Positions 1-13,952 of a stretch of DNA of 64,000 bases are shown in pieces. The position numbers and the translations under genes were made by a program. A model generated the notes under the pieces. That model did not search any database and was not told the origin of the DNA. It saw only the letters and a program-made list of their open reading frames with translations. Within the stretch, counting starts at the first letter, position 1, and every line of letters begins with the position of its first letter. The DNA lies in NCBI RefSeq assembly GCF_033153115.1, contig NW_026889803.1, positions 27,342,001 through 27,406,000 on the forward strand, given 5' to 3'. Source of the DNA: Saccostrea echinata (taxonomy: Eukaryota).

Positions 1-474
1 ACTATTCAAAAGTTATGGCCAAGATTAAAGTTTTTCGAAAGTAGGTCAAACTCCCATGTCAATGTCAAAGGGTCAAAGTGGTTGGTATCCAAAGGAAGGT
101 CTTGTCACAAGGACTATGTATGTGAAGTATGAAAGCCCTAGCACCAACCATTCAAAAATTATGGCCAAGGTTAAAGTTTTTCAAAAGTAGGTCAAACTCC
201 TATGTCAAGGTCAAAGGGTCAAAGTGGTTGGTATCCAAAGGAAGGTGATGTCACAAGGATTACATATGTGAAGTATGAAAGCCTTAGCATCAACCATTCA
301 AAAGTTATGGCCAAGGTTAAAGTTTTTCAAATGTAGGTCAAACACCTAGGTCAAGGTCAAAAGGTCAAAGTGGTTGGTATCCAAAGGAAGGTCTTGTCAC
401 AAGGATTATATATGTGAAGTATGAAAGCCCTAGCTCTAACCTTTCAAAAGTTATGGCCAAGGTTAAAGTTTTTC

Positions 475-505
<31 letters not shown>

Positions 506-833
506 AAAGGTCAAAGTTGTTGGTATCCAAAGGAAGGCCTTGTCACAAACAATACACATGTGAAGTTTGAAACCCTAAGCTCCAACTGTTCAGAAGTTAT
601 GGCCAAGGTTAAAGTCTCATAAAATTTTGCAAAAGTGGGTCAAACTCCAAGGTCAAAAGGTCAAATATGATGGTACCCAAAGAAAGGTCTTGTCACAAGG
701 AATACACATGTGAAATATGAAAGTCATAGCTCCAACCAATCAAAAGTTATGGGCAAGGTTAAAGTTGACAACAGACAGACAGACAGGACAAAAACAATAT
801 ACCCCCAGGATCTTTCGATCCGGGGGCATAAAA
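1..833 (+). mobile_element. Helentron/pearl-like non-autonomous element (5'-truncated by window edge) carrying ~5.5 copies of a 146-bp tandem repeat
   Basis: The motif ATGGCCAAG recurs at 15, 161, 307, 453, 599 (period 146) and ~749. It is followed by an (ACAG)n microsatellite (771-786), a GC stem-loop CCCCCAGGATC-TTTC-GATCCGGGGG and CATAAAAA, which is the typical end of bivalve Helentron/HINE elements. Confidence 0.8.
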
Positions 834-1164
834 AGAATTATTGTACGGTAATGATTAAACATCTACATGTAGCGGTAAAGGGAGAAAATTCTTTATGATG
901 TAAGTATTGAATATATCCTGATCTCTCCAATATTTTGATGCCAATCTCTATGACCTCCATATTTAGCAGATTTGATTCTCATACTTTTCCTTGAAGTTAT
1001 CTTGATATTACATGTATTTACATGCTCAAGACGCACCCTCTTGTCATAAGCATTCATGAAGAGAAGTACGCATGTATAAACTTTTACTTAGAGAAAAGTC
1101 GGGCTGCTAAGATTGGTATCTCTAACAGTGATTAGTCACTGCATCTTTCTTAAAATTTTATTAA

Positions 1165-1560
1165 GGCCCTGCTATGCACCTACGCTCTAGTGATCAGTCT
1201 GTCTGTCCAATATCATTTGTCTGCAATATATTTTTCTCTCCTTTTGGCCAAATCTGGCTCATACTTCACCCATAGAATGCCCATGGATAGAGGATATGCA
1301 GTGACCCCTAAACAAATTTTGTAGATTAAAGGTCAAGGTAAAAAAAAAACTATGTAACATCTTTGTCAAGAGTACTTTTTCTCTCCCCTTGCCCTATTCT
1401 TGCTCACACCTTACCCAAAAAGTGCCTGTGGGTAAGGGGCATGCAGTGAACTTGAACCAAGTTTCTATATCAAAAGTCAAGGTCATAGCAGATCTCTCTG
1501 TTCCAGAGCATATTTTTTCTGCTTTTTGCCTTATCTGGCTCATACTTTACCCATGATCTA
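1165..1560 (-). repeat. Degenerate Helentron-like remnant with ~3 copies of a ~145-bp unit
   Basis: CTGTCTGTCC microsatellite at ~1198 and a repeated block TTTTTCTCTCC..TCTGGCTCATACTT at ~1231, ~1376 and ~1513. Confidence 0.45.
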
Positions 1561-2249
1561 TAAACTCAGGACAGCTTTCTAGTCCCATTCTATCATAAGT
1601 AAAATTTAGTAATTCATTGATCACCTAATTTCATGCTCTGGCTCAACCACAAAAGCAATAAAAATTGGTGTTTTGTACTTTTCATACTGAGATTCAAAAT
1701 TCATAACCAGTAAGTGAATAACAAAACAAACATCTTAATTTTCAACATAAATATATTTAATTAACTTCTTCCATTTAAAAAAAAAAATACAAACCTTCCA
1801 TATTCATTAAAAATATCTGTTTAAAAGGGAAAGAAAAAAAAATTGATATGTATCATACCTTTCAATAGAAAATCTTCTGGATAAATAATTCAAATAAAAG
1901 CAGTGGTAAAAACCGACATGCCACAACATGGAATGGAATGTACTTAATACATCAACAACATTTATCAATAAACTGCTGAATATTCAAAATACAAAAAAAA
2001 AAACATGGACAGAATATTTGTATGATGTACATGACTGTATAAATACTTTGTAATACATGTACTGGAGCAAGATATGTGGCTTTGTGTAGTGTATACAAGT
2101 ACATGTACTTCAATCTCTGACTTTAAATAATCTTCATAAGAAATTAAGACCGAATGATGTCAAAAAGGTTCGTTTCCTTACATTCTTGCTCTTGAGCTCT
2201 TTTGAAAAGCTTGACACCATACTGGGAGAATGGAATGCAATTGTTTAAC

Positions 2250-2344
2250 TGTCGCTGGACCAGACCTGGACTTGAACCCAAGCCCCATGAATCAATCAAC
2301 TGAACAACCTGACCATCCGTGATCAGATCTGCCTGACCGCTACA
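2250..2344 (-). repeat. tRNA-related repeat remnant (SINE head or short solo-LTR-like)
   Basis: The minus strand has a B-box-like GGGTTCAAGTCC and TG...CA ends (TGTAGCGG...CAGCGACA). No TSD and no complete cloverleaf. Confidence 0.3.
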
Positions 2345-4099
2345 CATGGTTTCAGGCAAGCTAGCAAGTGTCTTCCAGGTTCTTTTGACATGATGTAAGT
2401 AATGCATATGTACATTAAATAAACTAAAACGTGTCAAAGCTTTCATGATATTGACAAGTGATAGGTAAATCACTTTCAACTTCAGTGTACACAATACTAT
2501 CTAAGTAACAAGCAAAATATTAATCCCCCCCTTTTTTGAAAAAAAAATTTCCCCTAGAAAATTGCATTCCTTTAAAACAGATAAAGTACAGTGTATAAAC
2601 AACTAATTTCAGCAAAGAGACTTTGCAACACTTCTTCATATGCAACTAATTCCTACAGAACCCGTCACAATGAAGTTTTGATTGTGAACAGGGATAACCT
2701 ATGTCATTCACCAAATCTGAAGTCTCTGTTTGTATATATTTCTTTTGATGGACAAACAGACAGACCAGGATCTATGATCTTGCAAGCATAAAAACACACG
2801 ATATACATGTAATAATATTATTAAAGCACCAGGCATGAACTCTTCAAAAATGTCTGTGTCCAGCACAGATATTGAAAACAAAATGAATATCAAGCAAATC
2901 TACACTATAACAATAAAATTCTATTTTAAAACAAATATACTTTAGGAAAATGTAATTCATAATGGTTGAAAAATAATGCTATTAAATAATGATATTTTTG
3001 GTTTGTTGAAAATATTTCTTATACAATTAATGTACACATGCCATGGCACTATTCTTTATTGATGAAGAGGTGTACACACTGCAACATTTGGGTAAAGCAT
3101 CTAGAATATATTCCTGATTTAGTTACACAGAAACAAATGTTTATGAATTTACATTAATTCTGCATGTTCTAATACATGTACATACATGTATATATACCTA
3201 TACAAATAGTATACAAAACATCAAATTAATAGCACATCTGTTTGTTTCTCTGACTATTTCATACATTATGATATGGATTTCAAATAGAAATACCTGTGTA
3301 TACATATAAATATAAATATATATATGTATTTTAGTGTTGTCAACAAGTAACTGGTTAACAGTCAAAGGCTACCATCAGTTAGTAGAACTGCTACTTGGAT
3401 GTACAGATATTTTACTGAGTAAATAAGTAGAGAAGAAATGATATTTTGTTTTTTAAAAGTATTCTTACTAACATGCCATTGATTTTATTTACCATTATTA
3501 GTCTCAATCTAAGAGTTTTTCTTCTGATTTAACAAGATCCCAAACAACAAAAACATGGAAATATTTAAGAAGACATGTTAATTTTAACCTGCAAAGTGTA
3601 GACATTTGAAATGGAATAAACAAACATGCAACAAAGTCAGCTAATACAGGGTATTTTCTTGAACAAAAAAAATGCCCTAGTTGGAGTGACATTTGAGAGC
3701 AAATTTATTTAGAAGATAGTGTGTGTTTGTAATTGTAAATAATGCTCACATTCAGTGCATCTTTTTTTTATATATATCCGAATATAAAATATACAGAAAT
3801 TGTAAAAATGTTACATTTCTTATGGTCCTATTGAATATCTATTGCCAGCAAGGATGTTCAGAAATGTAATGAAAAATCATCCAAGAAACCCAATACTCAG
3901 TTGGAAAAGTAACCTGTTACTAAAAATCATCTGATTTGACAACACCAGCATAATTAATTTGAAAATTCAATACAAAACCTGAAGGTTCTTAGATATATAC
4001 ATGTATATGTACAAGTACATGAACTAAATTTAAAATACATCTGTTGTAATACATGCTTCAAAATCAAAGTATAACATGTAGATTTATGAGGTGAAATAT

Positions 4100-7000
4100 T
4101 CAGACAAAAACATCTTCACTGTCACAGGCCAAAGAAATGTGTCTTTCTTCCTGAATATTAGACAAGTCAGAATGAGATTGAGTTTGTCGTCTGCTAATTT
4201 GATTGTTCAGACGTTGGTTCAGGTCTCCAAGTGACCTTCTGTATGAATTATCTGGTGATCTTTGATTCCTGGTTTCCTCTGGATTCAAATGAGAATGAAT
4301 GGGTAGATTTCCAACAGAAAGGGATATGGGGCGGTCCTTCTCCAGGGGGCGTGGCTTGCTTATTCCATCTTCCTGCCTTGTGTTTGATTGACTACTTGCC
4401 AATCCTCCAGTTGGATGGTCTGAATTTCCCAGAGTGAGGCTACTCCTTGAGGCAACACAGTGTGTAGTGGGTAGATGCTGTAATGAGGTAGCCATTCCTC
4501 GTCTGTCCTCTGTCCATCTCTCTATAGGATGCAAACTGGAAAGGCTGGCTGAATTTGTCCTGGGTGGTGAATCTTTTGATCGATCATCAGAATCTTTAAA
4601 ACCTTGATTTAGTATGCCCCTATGCTCTCTATCTGTAAAGTGATCCTCACTAAAAAGCAAACCCTTGGAGCTGCTGTCAGATGCTCTATTTTTCCGATCC
4701 TCTTTCGATTTTGTTTGCTTTCTTTCCCTCAAATCTTCATTTTTGTGATATTTCTCTTCCTTGAAATTGGGTTGATTTTTGGAAGAATCTAAATATTGGT
4801 TAGGTTTCTGTCTTGATGGACTGCCTGAAAAATTCCCTCTTGCAGTGGAACTTATGTCTCCCTTTCTCCCAGGCTCTAGTCCTTGCATGTGCAAAGATGT
4901 TCCTTTTCTATACTGTATTTGGTCTGATTGATGATCATATGGTTGTCTCTCTGAATTTTCTCTCACATCATTATCACTTTTTTGTCTTTGAGGATGAAAG
5001 CTTCTTCCTTCAATTTGCCTTCCATCTTTTGATCTGCTGGGGACCCTTTCTGTATACTCATGCTCACTCCTCTCCCTGTTTGAGGTTCTGGACCCTCGAT
5101 TAGGTACCTCACTGTAAGAGGGACTATGAACTTTTGGGACAGATCGGTTCAGAGGTAGGTCTGTGGATGATTCGGAGCTGTAAGACATACTGTATGTATG
5201 ATTAACGGGTCTAATTTCACCACTCTCTGCAGGAGGTGAGGTTGATGTTTGGGCTTCAAAGTTTGGTTGTTGACGTTCTATAGTGCTAAATTCTGGTGGT
5301 GGGTAGTCCTCCTCAATGTATTCTTCTTGTGGGGCCTCCACTGTCTGTCCTACAGCCTCATTGTATGTGGGTGGTTTAAGTACCCCATTTTCATATTCCT
5401 GGTAATAAATAATGAATCATTTTGAACCAAAACATTTTACTTATAATTTTCAAAGAAATCTTTTTAAGCTTTGTAATAAACAGGAAGTTGGCATTTACCA
5501 GTGGAGGTTCTTCATAGGGGGGACTTTCCAGTGCCTCCTCATAGGTGGGAGGGAAATCCACAGGCCTCTGAGCCTGTCTACCTCTACGACCTCCTAAAGG
5601 GAAACAACTCTTTATTACTGCGTCCACTCAGAAATATTTTTACTTTTTATTTCCTTTCTTGTCTATAATTCTAAACAATTAAACCCTTACAAATCAAGCA
5701 GAAATACAGAAGTTTTACCAGTACGTCTTCTTTTTAGTGCTACATTTACTATGTGAAATACTTTAACCCACTATTTGGACATTACACTTTCGATCAGACC
5801 AATTTTCCTCCCTTACTTCTATTACTTATTCCTCCACTGATCGTGGGTATCCCTGATTCTCTGTCCATCTCCCGTGCTCGTGCAATATGACATCGTCTTA
5901 TAAGGAAGAAGAGAACACACAAGATGACGAGGAGGAAAACAGAGATGACGAGCGGAACGATGACACTGACTGTCATCGTGTAGTTAGTGCTCCGAGTATA
6001 ACCGGATCCTCCACCTGGTCAAATCAGATAAAAATAGATTTAAGAAACATTTCAAACTACTGTCAGAGGTTTTACCCTACTTTATCTTTTCATTTTTAAT
6101 ATCATGGACCACTTAATCAATAATAAACTCAATATGAAATGAAATGTATGATGAATATCCCACTTAGACATTTAGAGTTGAGTTCATCAGAATTATCCCC
6201 ACAATGGTTATATCTATCACACTCGAGCTCGCCAGGGATACATCGGCCATTGTTACAGTAAAACATTCCCCTTCTGCCACAGTCTATAAATAAATGAATC
6301 ATATTAATATGAATGATTACTTATAAATTCAATCTTAGCACAGGAGCAACGGGCAGCATACAAACTCATCAACTTCACCTATAATGTACTGAAAAAGAAT
6401 TGAAGTAGTTATTAAAGAAACATATCAAAATCACAATACATGTACTTAAATATTACAGTAAACCATGCCTGTTTTCAATAGTAAGAAGAGAATCACAATT
6501 TTTTTTTGTTCTAACATGACGTACACAACAGGACTATGTGTACAATTCATTCTAAGGAATGTTTAATGTCTTCCAGATTTCATACATATCATTTGCCATA
6601 AGCTTATTTTTTGTGGCTTTTGCCAAATGTGTATCTCTTCCAAATTTCTGAAGTGCAGCTAAAGGGGAAGGACCTTAAAGGTGCTTGGACACAGATTTGA
6701 AGTTAATATTTTCTCAAATTTTCTGTAAAATTTTATGACTTATATGTTGCTATAGCATTTCATACTAAAATATAATAAAAATCTTATTTCATCTCGAAGT
6801 TATTGAAACTTCAAATTTCTGAACGCGTTTGATTGACACATCCTTGCACTTTCACAATTTTTAATTTTATTCTTAATACTTAAGAAAAGTGGCAATTTTG
6901 TTGTGTATTAATGAAAAAAATTAAAACTATAATCCAGAAAATTCAGAGTAGAAATGTTCGAAAGCAAAACCCACTCACAGTATTGTCAGTCCGTGCTCAG

Positions 7001-10000
7001 TGGTGTGTGCAGACTTTAACAATTGAACACACCCGGTGAATCGTAAACATTAACAATAACAGAGCTCGTGCCCTGTTTACAAAAACAGTTTACGTTTCAC
7101 GGGTGTATTCAATTTGTTAAACTCTGTACTCAACACTGAGCACGGGCTGACGATATTAGTGAGGGGGTTTGCTTTCGCACATTTCTACTCTGAATTTTCT
7201 GGATTATAGATGTAATGTTTTTCATTAATACACAACAAGATCGCTTCTTTTCTTAAATATTAAGGATAAAGATAAAATTTCTGAAAGTGCAAGGATGTGT
7301 TAATCAAACGCATCCAGGAATTCGTAGTTCCAATAATTTCCAGATAAAATAAGTATTTAATTACATTTTCGTGTGAAATGCTATTGCAATATATAAGTCG
7401 TGATATTATACAGAAAATTTGAGAAAATATTAACTTCAAACCTTTAAGCTGAAAAAAATTTTGTCATTCATTTTTTTTTTTCATATTTTGTATACATGTA
7501 TTACTAATTTAGTATGTCATACATATCTTTTTTAAGTGTTTGTTTTCTTACCTTACTTCAGAGATATTGATAGACAAATACTACGCCATTTGGTGTCTAT
7601 GTGAAGGTTTAATTCATGTTTATGAGCCCATTATTCTGACCATAATGGGAATTTTTAAGCACAGATCAAACATAGGTAATCAAAGATTATAAAGCTCTTT
7701 TCAAAGAATGTTATCTATTAGTAAGGCAAATCTCGCATCATATTTTTTTTCTTCTAGTTAGTGTGCATCCCGAGATAAATATCCATGCAAGTTTGGTTTA
7801 ATTAGGACTTAAAATTACTTGGAAATGGACTAGCTGCAGAACTGTAGCTCTCTGCTTGAGAAAATGCGGACAGACAAAGCAGAGAGCTACAGATCCAAGT
7901 GTTGTAAAAACCTTCGATTTACGCCGCTGCTTTTTTGTCGCTCGCTTTGACTATTCGTCAGGAATAGGAGTAAAATATATGGATAATTATTGGATACCAC
8001 TTTTAAAGCAGGGGAAAGCAATAAATACAAGAAATAATAGCTGAAGCGAGCGACAAAAAAGCGGCGGCGTAAATCGAAGGTTTTTACAACGCTTGGATCT
8101 GTAGCTCTCTGCTTTGTCTGTCCGAATTTTCTCAAGCAGAGAGCTACAGTTTTGCAGCTAGAAATGGACCTGCTTCAAAACATTTAACCTATTCACTTAT
8201 CAAGAAAATGTCTGGAAGTGTCCATCCTAAGGTTCATCATCCATGCAATTTTAATCATAACAGGCCATATAATTACAGAGCTAGTCCAAAAACATTATCC
8301 TGGTCACTCATCTGGAAAATGTATGTCAAACTCAGCATCCGAAGTTGGTCTGGAAGTGTCCATCCGTAGATGCATCTTACATGCTAATTTGGTTAAAGTA
8401 TGGCTAAAATTCACTCAACTGGAATATAAAGGTCAGATCCAGCATCCAAAGCAGATTGGGTAGTGTCCATCCCTAGATGCATCATCCATGCAATTTTGAT
8501 CTGGGTAGGGTTTATAGTTACTTGGTAATGGACCTGCTCCAAAAACATAAACCTGGTCACTCATCTGGAAAATGTAAGTCAGATCCAGCATCCAAAGTAA
8601 GTTTAGAAGTGTCCATCCCTAGATGCATCATCCATGCAAGTTTAGTCCAGATAGGGCCTATAGTTACTTTTTTACGATGTCACAGACTTGTTGGATGTGT
8701 AGGGAAATAGAGGAATGGACCAATCTATTTCATGATTTGTAAATGTTTATAAGAACATTTATAAACATTGAAAATTTTTTATATTTTCATATAAGATACT
8801 GAAGTAAAACAAATTGTTAAAAATTTATACAAGTACTGGTGATTTAAATAACGTTATTAGACTATGACGTCGTTAAACTGAGTCATGTGACCATGAGTCC
8901 TTCATCCCCTTTAGCTAACCCTATTAATCCTTCATATGTAATGAAATACAACAGGGGAGTCAATATACTGACCAGTGGGTCCTCGTTCTCTGTAAGAGGC
9001 ATACACAATTTTGAGGTTGTCCATCGGTCTAAGCGTCCCTCTGTAGCGTATGTAGAAACCCTTGTATGTGTCATTAAAGCTTGGGTATGCCCTGTTGGGA
9101 AATACTTTGTCCTTAAGCTGGCTAATAGATGTCAATCCATCTCGAATCTCCACTTCCTGTTTAGCATAACTGACTGTAATAGATAAATATTCTGTAAATA
9201 ACTTCAAATGACAATGTAGTAAGACTTGATGTGTATTCCAAACCTTTTTTCTTATTACAATGAAAATTTTTAAACTAAGCCATAATGTGGTCTTATTTGG
9301 CATATTTCTATCAATGATAAGTAGTTGTGTCTTGATTAGACAAGTTTTACTGCTATATCATTATGTCATTCATATATATATCTTGATGAAAAATATGTCT
9401 CAAATTAAATGCATCCATTAAAAGCATGTTTGGTATATTTAAACATTTAACTGACTATTCTTTTTAAAACCTTCCCTTGTAATGGATACTGTTATTTGAA
9501 CAACCTAGAATACATTGTTCTTAAAAAATCTGAATACCATTTTTGGTTTTAAATGATCATACTAAAGAAGTAAAAAATGTTAATAGTTAACAAATGCCCT
9601 TGATCAGAAAATTTCACTTGAACCTTTTGCTCAGGTGAATTCAAATGCATTCTTATTTTGAATTCCAGCAAATCAATCTGTTTCTGTGTCTAACTTACTC
9701 AGTGTGTCAGTACGAAAGCTGATAATTTTCATGTACATCCTGTCAAAATCCGGCTGTTTTTTTATGACCCAGACACAGTCATATTCAACATCTTTAATGC
9801 TGTTTATCATCTGGAAATCTATAATTCCTCCTTGTCCAAGCAAATCATACTTTCCACAGTCTGAAATTTCAAACAGTTAAACTTTTATGTCTAAGGGTAG
9901 ACTTTCATACAGGTGTGTGGTGTTTGCCTTTACCAAATTATTTTTTTCAAAAATCTACTGATTTTTTTTTCTCTAAAATGAAGTTATAAGAATAGATCAA

Positions 10001-13000
10001 ATTCAAACCAAATCAATAAATTATCAGTAGTTATGGACCATAGTCCATACAACCTTAATAAATGAAAAAATGAAAATATTTAACGTGAAAAGTATAAAAA
10101 TTATCCTGCATAACAATTCATAAATTATAAATACAAATAAATCCTATCTAAAGTTACACTTTAAGGAGTATTGGAATTATTAACTGTCAAAGATTCTGAA
10201 GCTTTTAAGTATAAGAGTATTAGATATAGTGAATAAAATCCTTACTTGATCTTGGGACAGTGATAGAATCTCCATCTAAAAATAAATTTTTTTCTGTTTA
10301 AAACTAATCGTGACATCCTACTGAATCACATGGAAACACATATATACAGAATAATTCCAATTAAATGGAACAAAGAACATTAATACTTGTAAATAATAAA
10401 CAATAATAAATATTAATACATTTAGCAACTATAGGTGAAATTTTTTTATAGACAGTAAAACTTGGCTTATCCGGAAACCACAGGTTCCATAGAAATTTGC
10501 TGAATAAGACAACATTCCAGATTAGACATTTCAAACAACTGAAGTTACTGAAAGGACTGACAGTTTTCATCATAATAGGCAAGTTTTCGAATTACATGTA
10601 CACAACATTCAGATAACACAAGTTTTACTGTATTTTCTTTGACCTTGTTTTTTTTTTCTTGAGTGAAATGATAGTATTAAAGGGTAATATTTTACCTCTG
10701 TAAAAAGTGTAAGTAAATCTGAATCCTAGATATCTGTTTTGGTCCTCGAGCAGATGATGGCCTGTGTTAAAAATGATCTTCATTTCTGGGCCCTTTGACA
10801 GAACTGCCGAGCGATCCGAACTACCATCCACAGGCAATCTTCTGAGGCTATTGTCAAACTGGAAAGAAGGACATTTAAAAGGTCACTTTGCATCATTCAT
10901 CTAATTTTTTTCAAAATACAAATATGAACTACAGTAATACAGTTGAATTTCCATATCTCAAACACCATTATCTGGAATACCATGGATAAGTCTCAGTGAG
11001 ATGGAATTCCAAACCACTTCTTCTATATGTATTTTTTCCTTGATATGTCTAATCTTCTAAGATATCTCTCTTTCTTTTTTCCGTCCCATAGAGTTCATGA
11101 TAATAAGGTTTGACTGTATTTTAAATTAAATGCTGATCAAAAAGACCTTAAAAGTAATTTTATTCTTTCTGAAAATATAGGAAAATCTTAACTTACAAAC
11201 ACTTCACTGTATGGTGATATATGCCAGTCATCAAATATCACAAGGATTCTGGAATATTCTGGATTTCTAATGATCCAGGTATACTGGTCCCCATTCTGGA
11301 TGTAACCACTTGGAAAGTTAGGAGAGCGTATGTCTCCAGTCCTGGTTGACAAAATCTCACTATTGGCTATAAAAGAATTTTTCAAAATATTTAAACAAAT
11401 TCTGCTGCCAAATGTCATCCATATCTTGGGAATTTGGTTTTATGCAACTTGAAATTCATTGGTTCTTCAAGTATTGATACCTACCATTAACATTGAACTG
11501 TAAGGATATATTGGGTGGGGTTTGTTGAGAACAAAGTCCCACAAATACTGCACTGGAAACAGACTTAAACTGGCCACCAGGCCATCCACTGTGTTCATAA
11601 AACTTAACAGAATCATTCAGATAGGAACTGTCGAACACAAACAGGTAGGAACAGCTGTAAGACAAGACAAAACCTGGTACAGTAATACTTATAGTGAAGT
11701 GCCAGGGACCAATGATTTGGATTTAAAATATATTTTATTCAAATCAATGAAATGGATTGAACAGCAGGCATAAATGTCTATGGTCGTCCTCTCCATATTG
11801 GTCAAGGCACAATCACTTACATTGTAGTGATCACCTTGACCAATGATTTTGCTTCTTTATAAACATAATTCATAATAAGTTCATAATATGTTTTTAAGGC
11901 TAAAGGGAATGAAAATCACCTTTCTATAAGGCAGCATGAATTCATAATAAGCATGTTTATTGTAACCATGTTTTATTGTGTTAATATCTGGGTATGACGA
12001 CTAGGGCACAGTTAAGTAAGACAATTGATCATGATGTACGCAAGTTACAATTCCATTGTTTGAAAACAAATTTGTTACCCCCAAATGAATTTACTGGTAC
12101 TTATTTTTACTTCTTAACTATTCCTCTTGAAGGAGAAAAGGCCCTTTGTTTGAAAATCAGTTATATATTTAAAATCTGTGTTGTTTTGTATTCAAAGTTG
12201 GTTCATTAGTTGTCAAGAGAGAATTCATACAAGACTAGAATAAAACTCTCACTTTCTAGATTATCTGCATCTGATAATCATATTCTCCGAGCAGCCTTAC
12301 GTTGTAACCAGTCAACACATATTTAAATATGCATTTCCACTTTGTGTTACATTGGTTTTCACAAAGGGTTAGATGAACTTAGACACCCATAGTTTTATAG
12401 GCTACATTCATGATGAATATTAAGACCGTACGTTGAAGTTACAACTTTACATGAAAGTGTTGACATGGAATGGGTTGATACTACCATTGTTCATATAAGG
12501 GAACCTGCATTTAAGGTTCATCAATCCCCTGTTCACTCATACAAGATGTTGCTTTAACACTTACGATTTTTTAAAAGAAGTATATTCTATATGTTGAATG
12601 CAAACAATTTTAGCATAGCTTGCAAGGCAAAATTTGTCAAAAATGACATTTCAACTTGACAAAGAATGGAGGTGTACAAGACGAGAACAATCCCCGGTCT
12701 GAAAAAGACATTTCTTGAAAATTGAAACTGGTCATCAATATTACAACATGAAAAACACTCTCCAGCTATGGCACACTTTTATAACCAACATATGGTGACT
12801 ATTCTTGTGCAAATTTACATTGATCTGTTTTAAATAACCATGATAAACACCCTTGATTTCTTTTTTGCTAGATTTTAACAATAAATAAGGCTGAACTATA
12901 AATCTCTACTTAACAAAATACTCACTCTGGTGTACACTCTTTCAGTGAGTGGGGGGCCGAGGTGGAGCAAGTGAAGGACCATTTATTAATAGTATGTATT

Positions 13001-13952
13001 GAGATGTGGCAGTTGGAGCACCCTTTAATGCGTAAAAGACAAGGACCATTTTCAGTGGGCCCAGTTCCACTTGTCACTCCCACAATGCCTTGCTCTTGAG
13101 GAAATGGCAAAGTTATGTAGTTTGTTTTGCAAATATCTATGAGTCCTAAAAAACATGAAAATTGAATCATAAATTAAAAAAAAAAAAACGTTTTGCAAAT
13201 ACATTTAAAAATAAGATTTTCCTCAAAATATTTGTTACTAACATCATTATGTAGGATATAGATATCAGTTTTTTATTGCATAATAATTTTTACTTATTTT
13301 AAAAACCTTATATTTATCAAAGTAAGTTTCTTGGTATTTTTTTCTCTTCCACACATACATGTATTTATCAATTTACCTTGAGCGTGAGATGTACATATTG
13401 TGATGAATAAAAAACCTGTAAAACAAAAGCAAATAAGCTTTAAATTTTTAGTCCAAAACAAATAGTTTTAGTGTGTAACAAAATTTAAATTCTAATGATC
13501 GAAAAAAATGTATCTATAAAAAAGGAAATTAAAAATGATGACCATTTCTTTTTAATCTTTTTAAAAGAGGTATCAACTTGTGGCAGCTTTTATCTCCTTT
13601 GGAGTGCTATAATTTCTGAGGCAGCCCATAGGAAATAAATTCACCCTCTCAATATAAAAGGTGAATTTTATGCTCTTTCACCATAAAATTTAATGCATAT
13701 GAAGTTTTCACCTTGAATGATTATCTTGTAACAAATAAAGTTATCAATATATCATTACTTTTGCAGATAAGTCAAGATAAGTAAAGAGCAAACAAAAAAC
13801 AAAAACAAAACTAAGTTTAAAGATTAGCTTATCAAATATTGCAAACACACATTTAATATGTTGCTTTAATCATGCAACTGCATCTTAAAACCAAAATATC
13901 TTAGTAAATACTAAGAGAAACTTTTACCTAGAGATAAGTACTGAGTCCTCAT
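4100..13952 (-). CDS. Type I transmembrane protein: signal peptide, ~3 CUB-like domains, one LDL-receptor class A repeat, TM helix and a long disordered cytoplasmic tail (NETO/LEV-10/LRP12-like architecture), ~963 aa
   Basis: 13 phase-consistent GT-AG exons: 13952-13928, 13415-13377, 13145-12926, 11654-11485, 11366-11197, 10858-10696, 10275-10246, 9860-9699, 9173-8973, 6283-6164, 6014-5817, 5593-5499, 5398-4100. Signal peptide [20 protein letters not shown]; CUB motifs [23 protein letters not shown] and GFRFTY; LDLa [33 protein letters not shown]; [24 protein letters not shown]; PPTY motifs. Confidence 0.85.
6679..7443. mobile_element. Palindromic MITE with TTAA target duplication (Kolobok-like), copy 1, in an intron of the CUB gene
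   Basis: TTAA|AGGTGCTTGGACACAG... ending ...TAACTTCAAACCT|TTAA (14 nt missing from the right TIR). The two ~370-bp arms are inverted copies. Nearly identical to 59833-60611. Confidence 0.85.
7760..8680. repeat. Degenerate tandem repeat (~110-145 bp units) interrupted by the 7831-8160 MITE
   Basis: A GTGTCCATCC(C)TAGATGCATCATCCATGCAA-like block occurs at ~7761, 8218, 8357, 8463 and 8609. Confidence 0.55.
7831..8160. mobile_element. 330-bp MITE with ~120-bp TIRs, TAG...CTA termini and a 9-bp TSD (AcademH-like non-autonomous)
   Basis: TAGCTGCAGAACTGTAGCTCTC...GAGAGCTACAGTTTTGCAGCTA flanked by GAAATGGAC at 7822-7830 and 8161-8169. The near-identical ORFs 7856(+) and 8135(-) in the ORF track reflect the TIRs. 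Confidence 0.85.
10453..10630. mobile_element. Small pogo/Tigger-like MITE
   Basis: CAGTAAAACTTG...CAAGTTTTACTG|TA inverted termini. A related copy lies at 49115-49284. Confidence 0.55.
10940..11116. mobile_element. Small pogo/Tigger-like MITE (TA TSD)
   Basis: TA|CAGTTGAA...TTTGACTG|TA. A related copy lies at 55233-55426. Confidence 0.55.

Noticed and set aside
2250-2344. Functional tRNA gene
   Set aside because: Only a B-box-like motif is present; the acceptor and anticodon stems cannot be formed.
6322-6388. Possible extra or alternative terminal exon of the CUB gene ([14 protein letters not shown]) giving a secreted form
   Set aside because: Exon 9173-8973 joins the LDLa exon in phase without it. 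The only support is an AG and a short open frame.
7856-8135. Two near-identical ORFs on opposite strands
   Set aside because: They are the two TIRs of a MITE, not genes.
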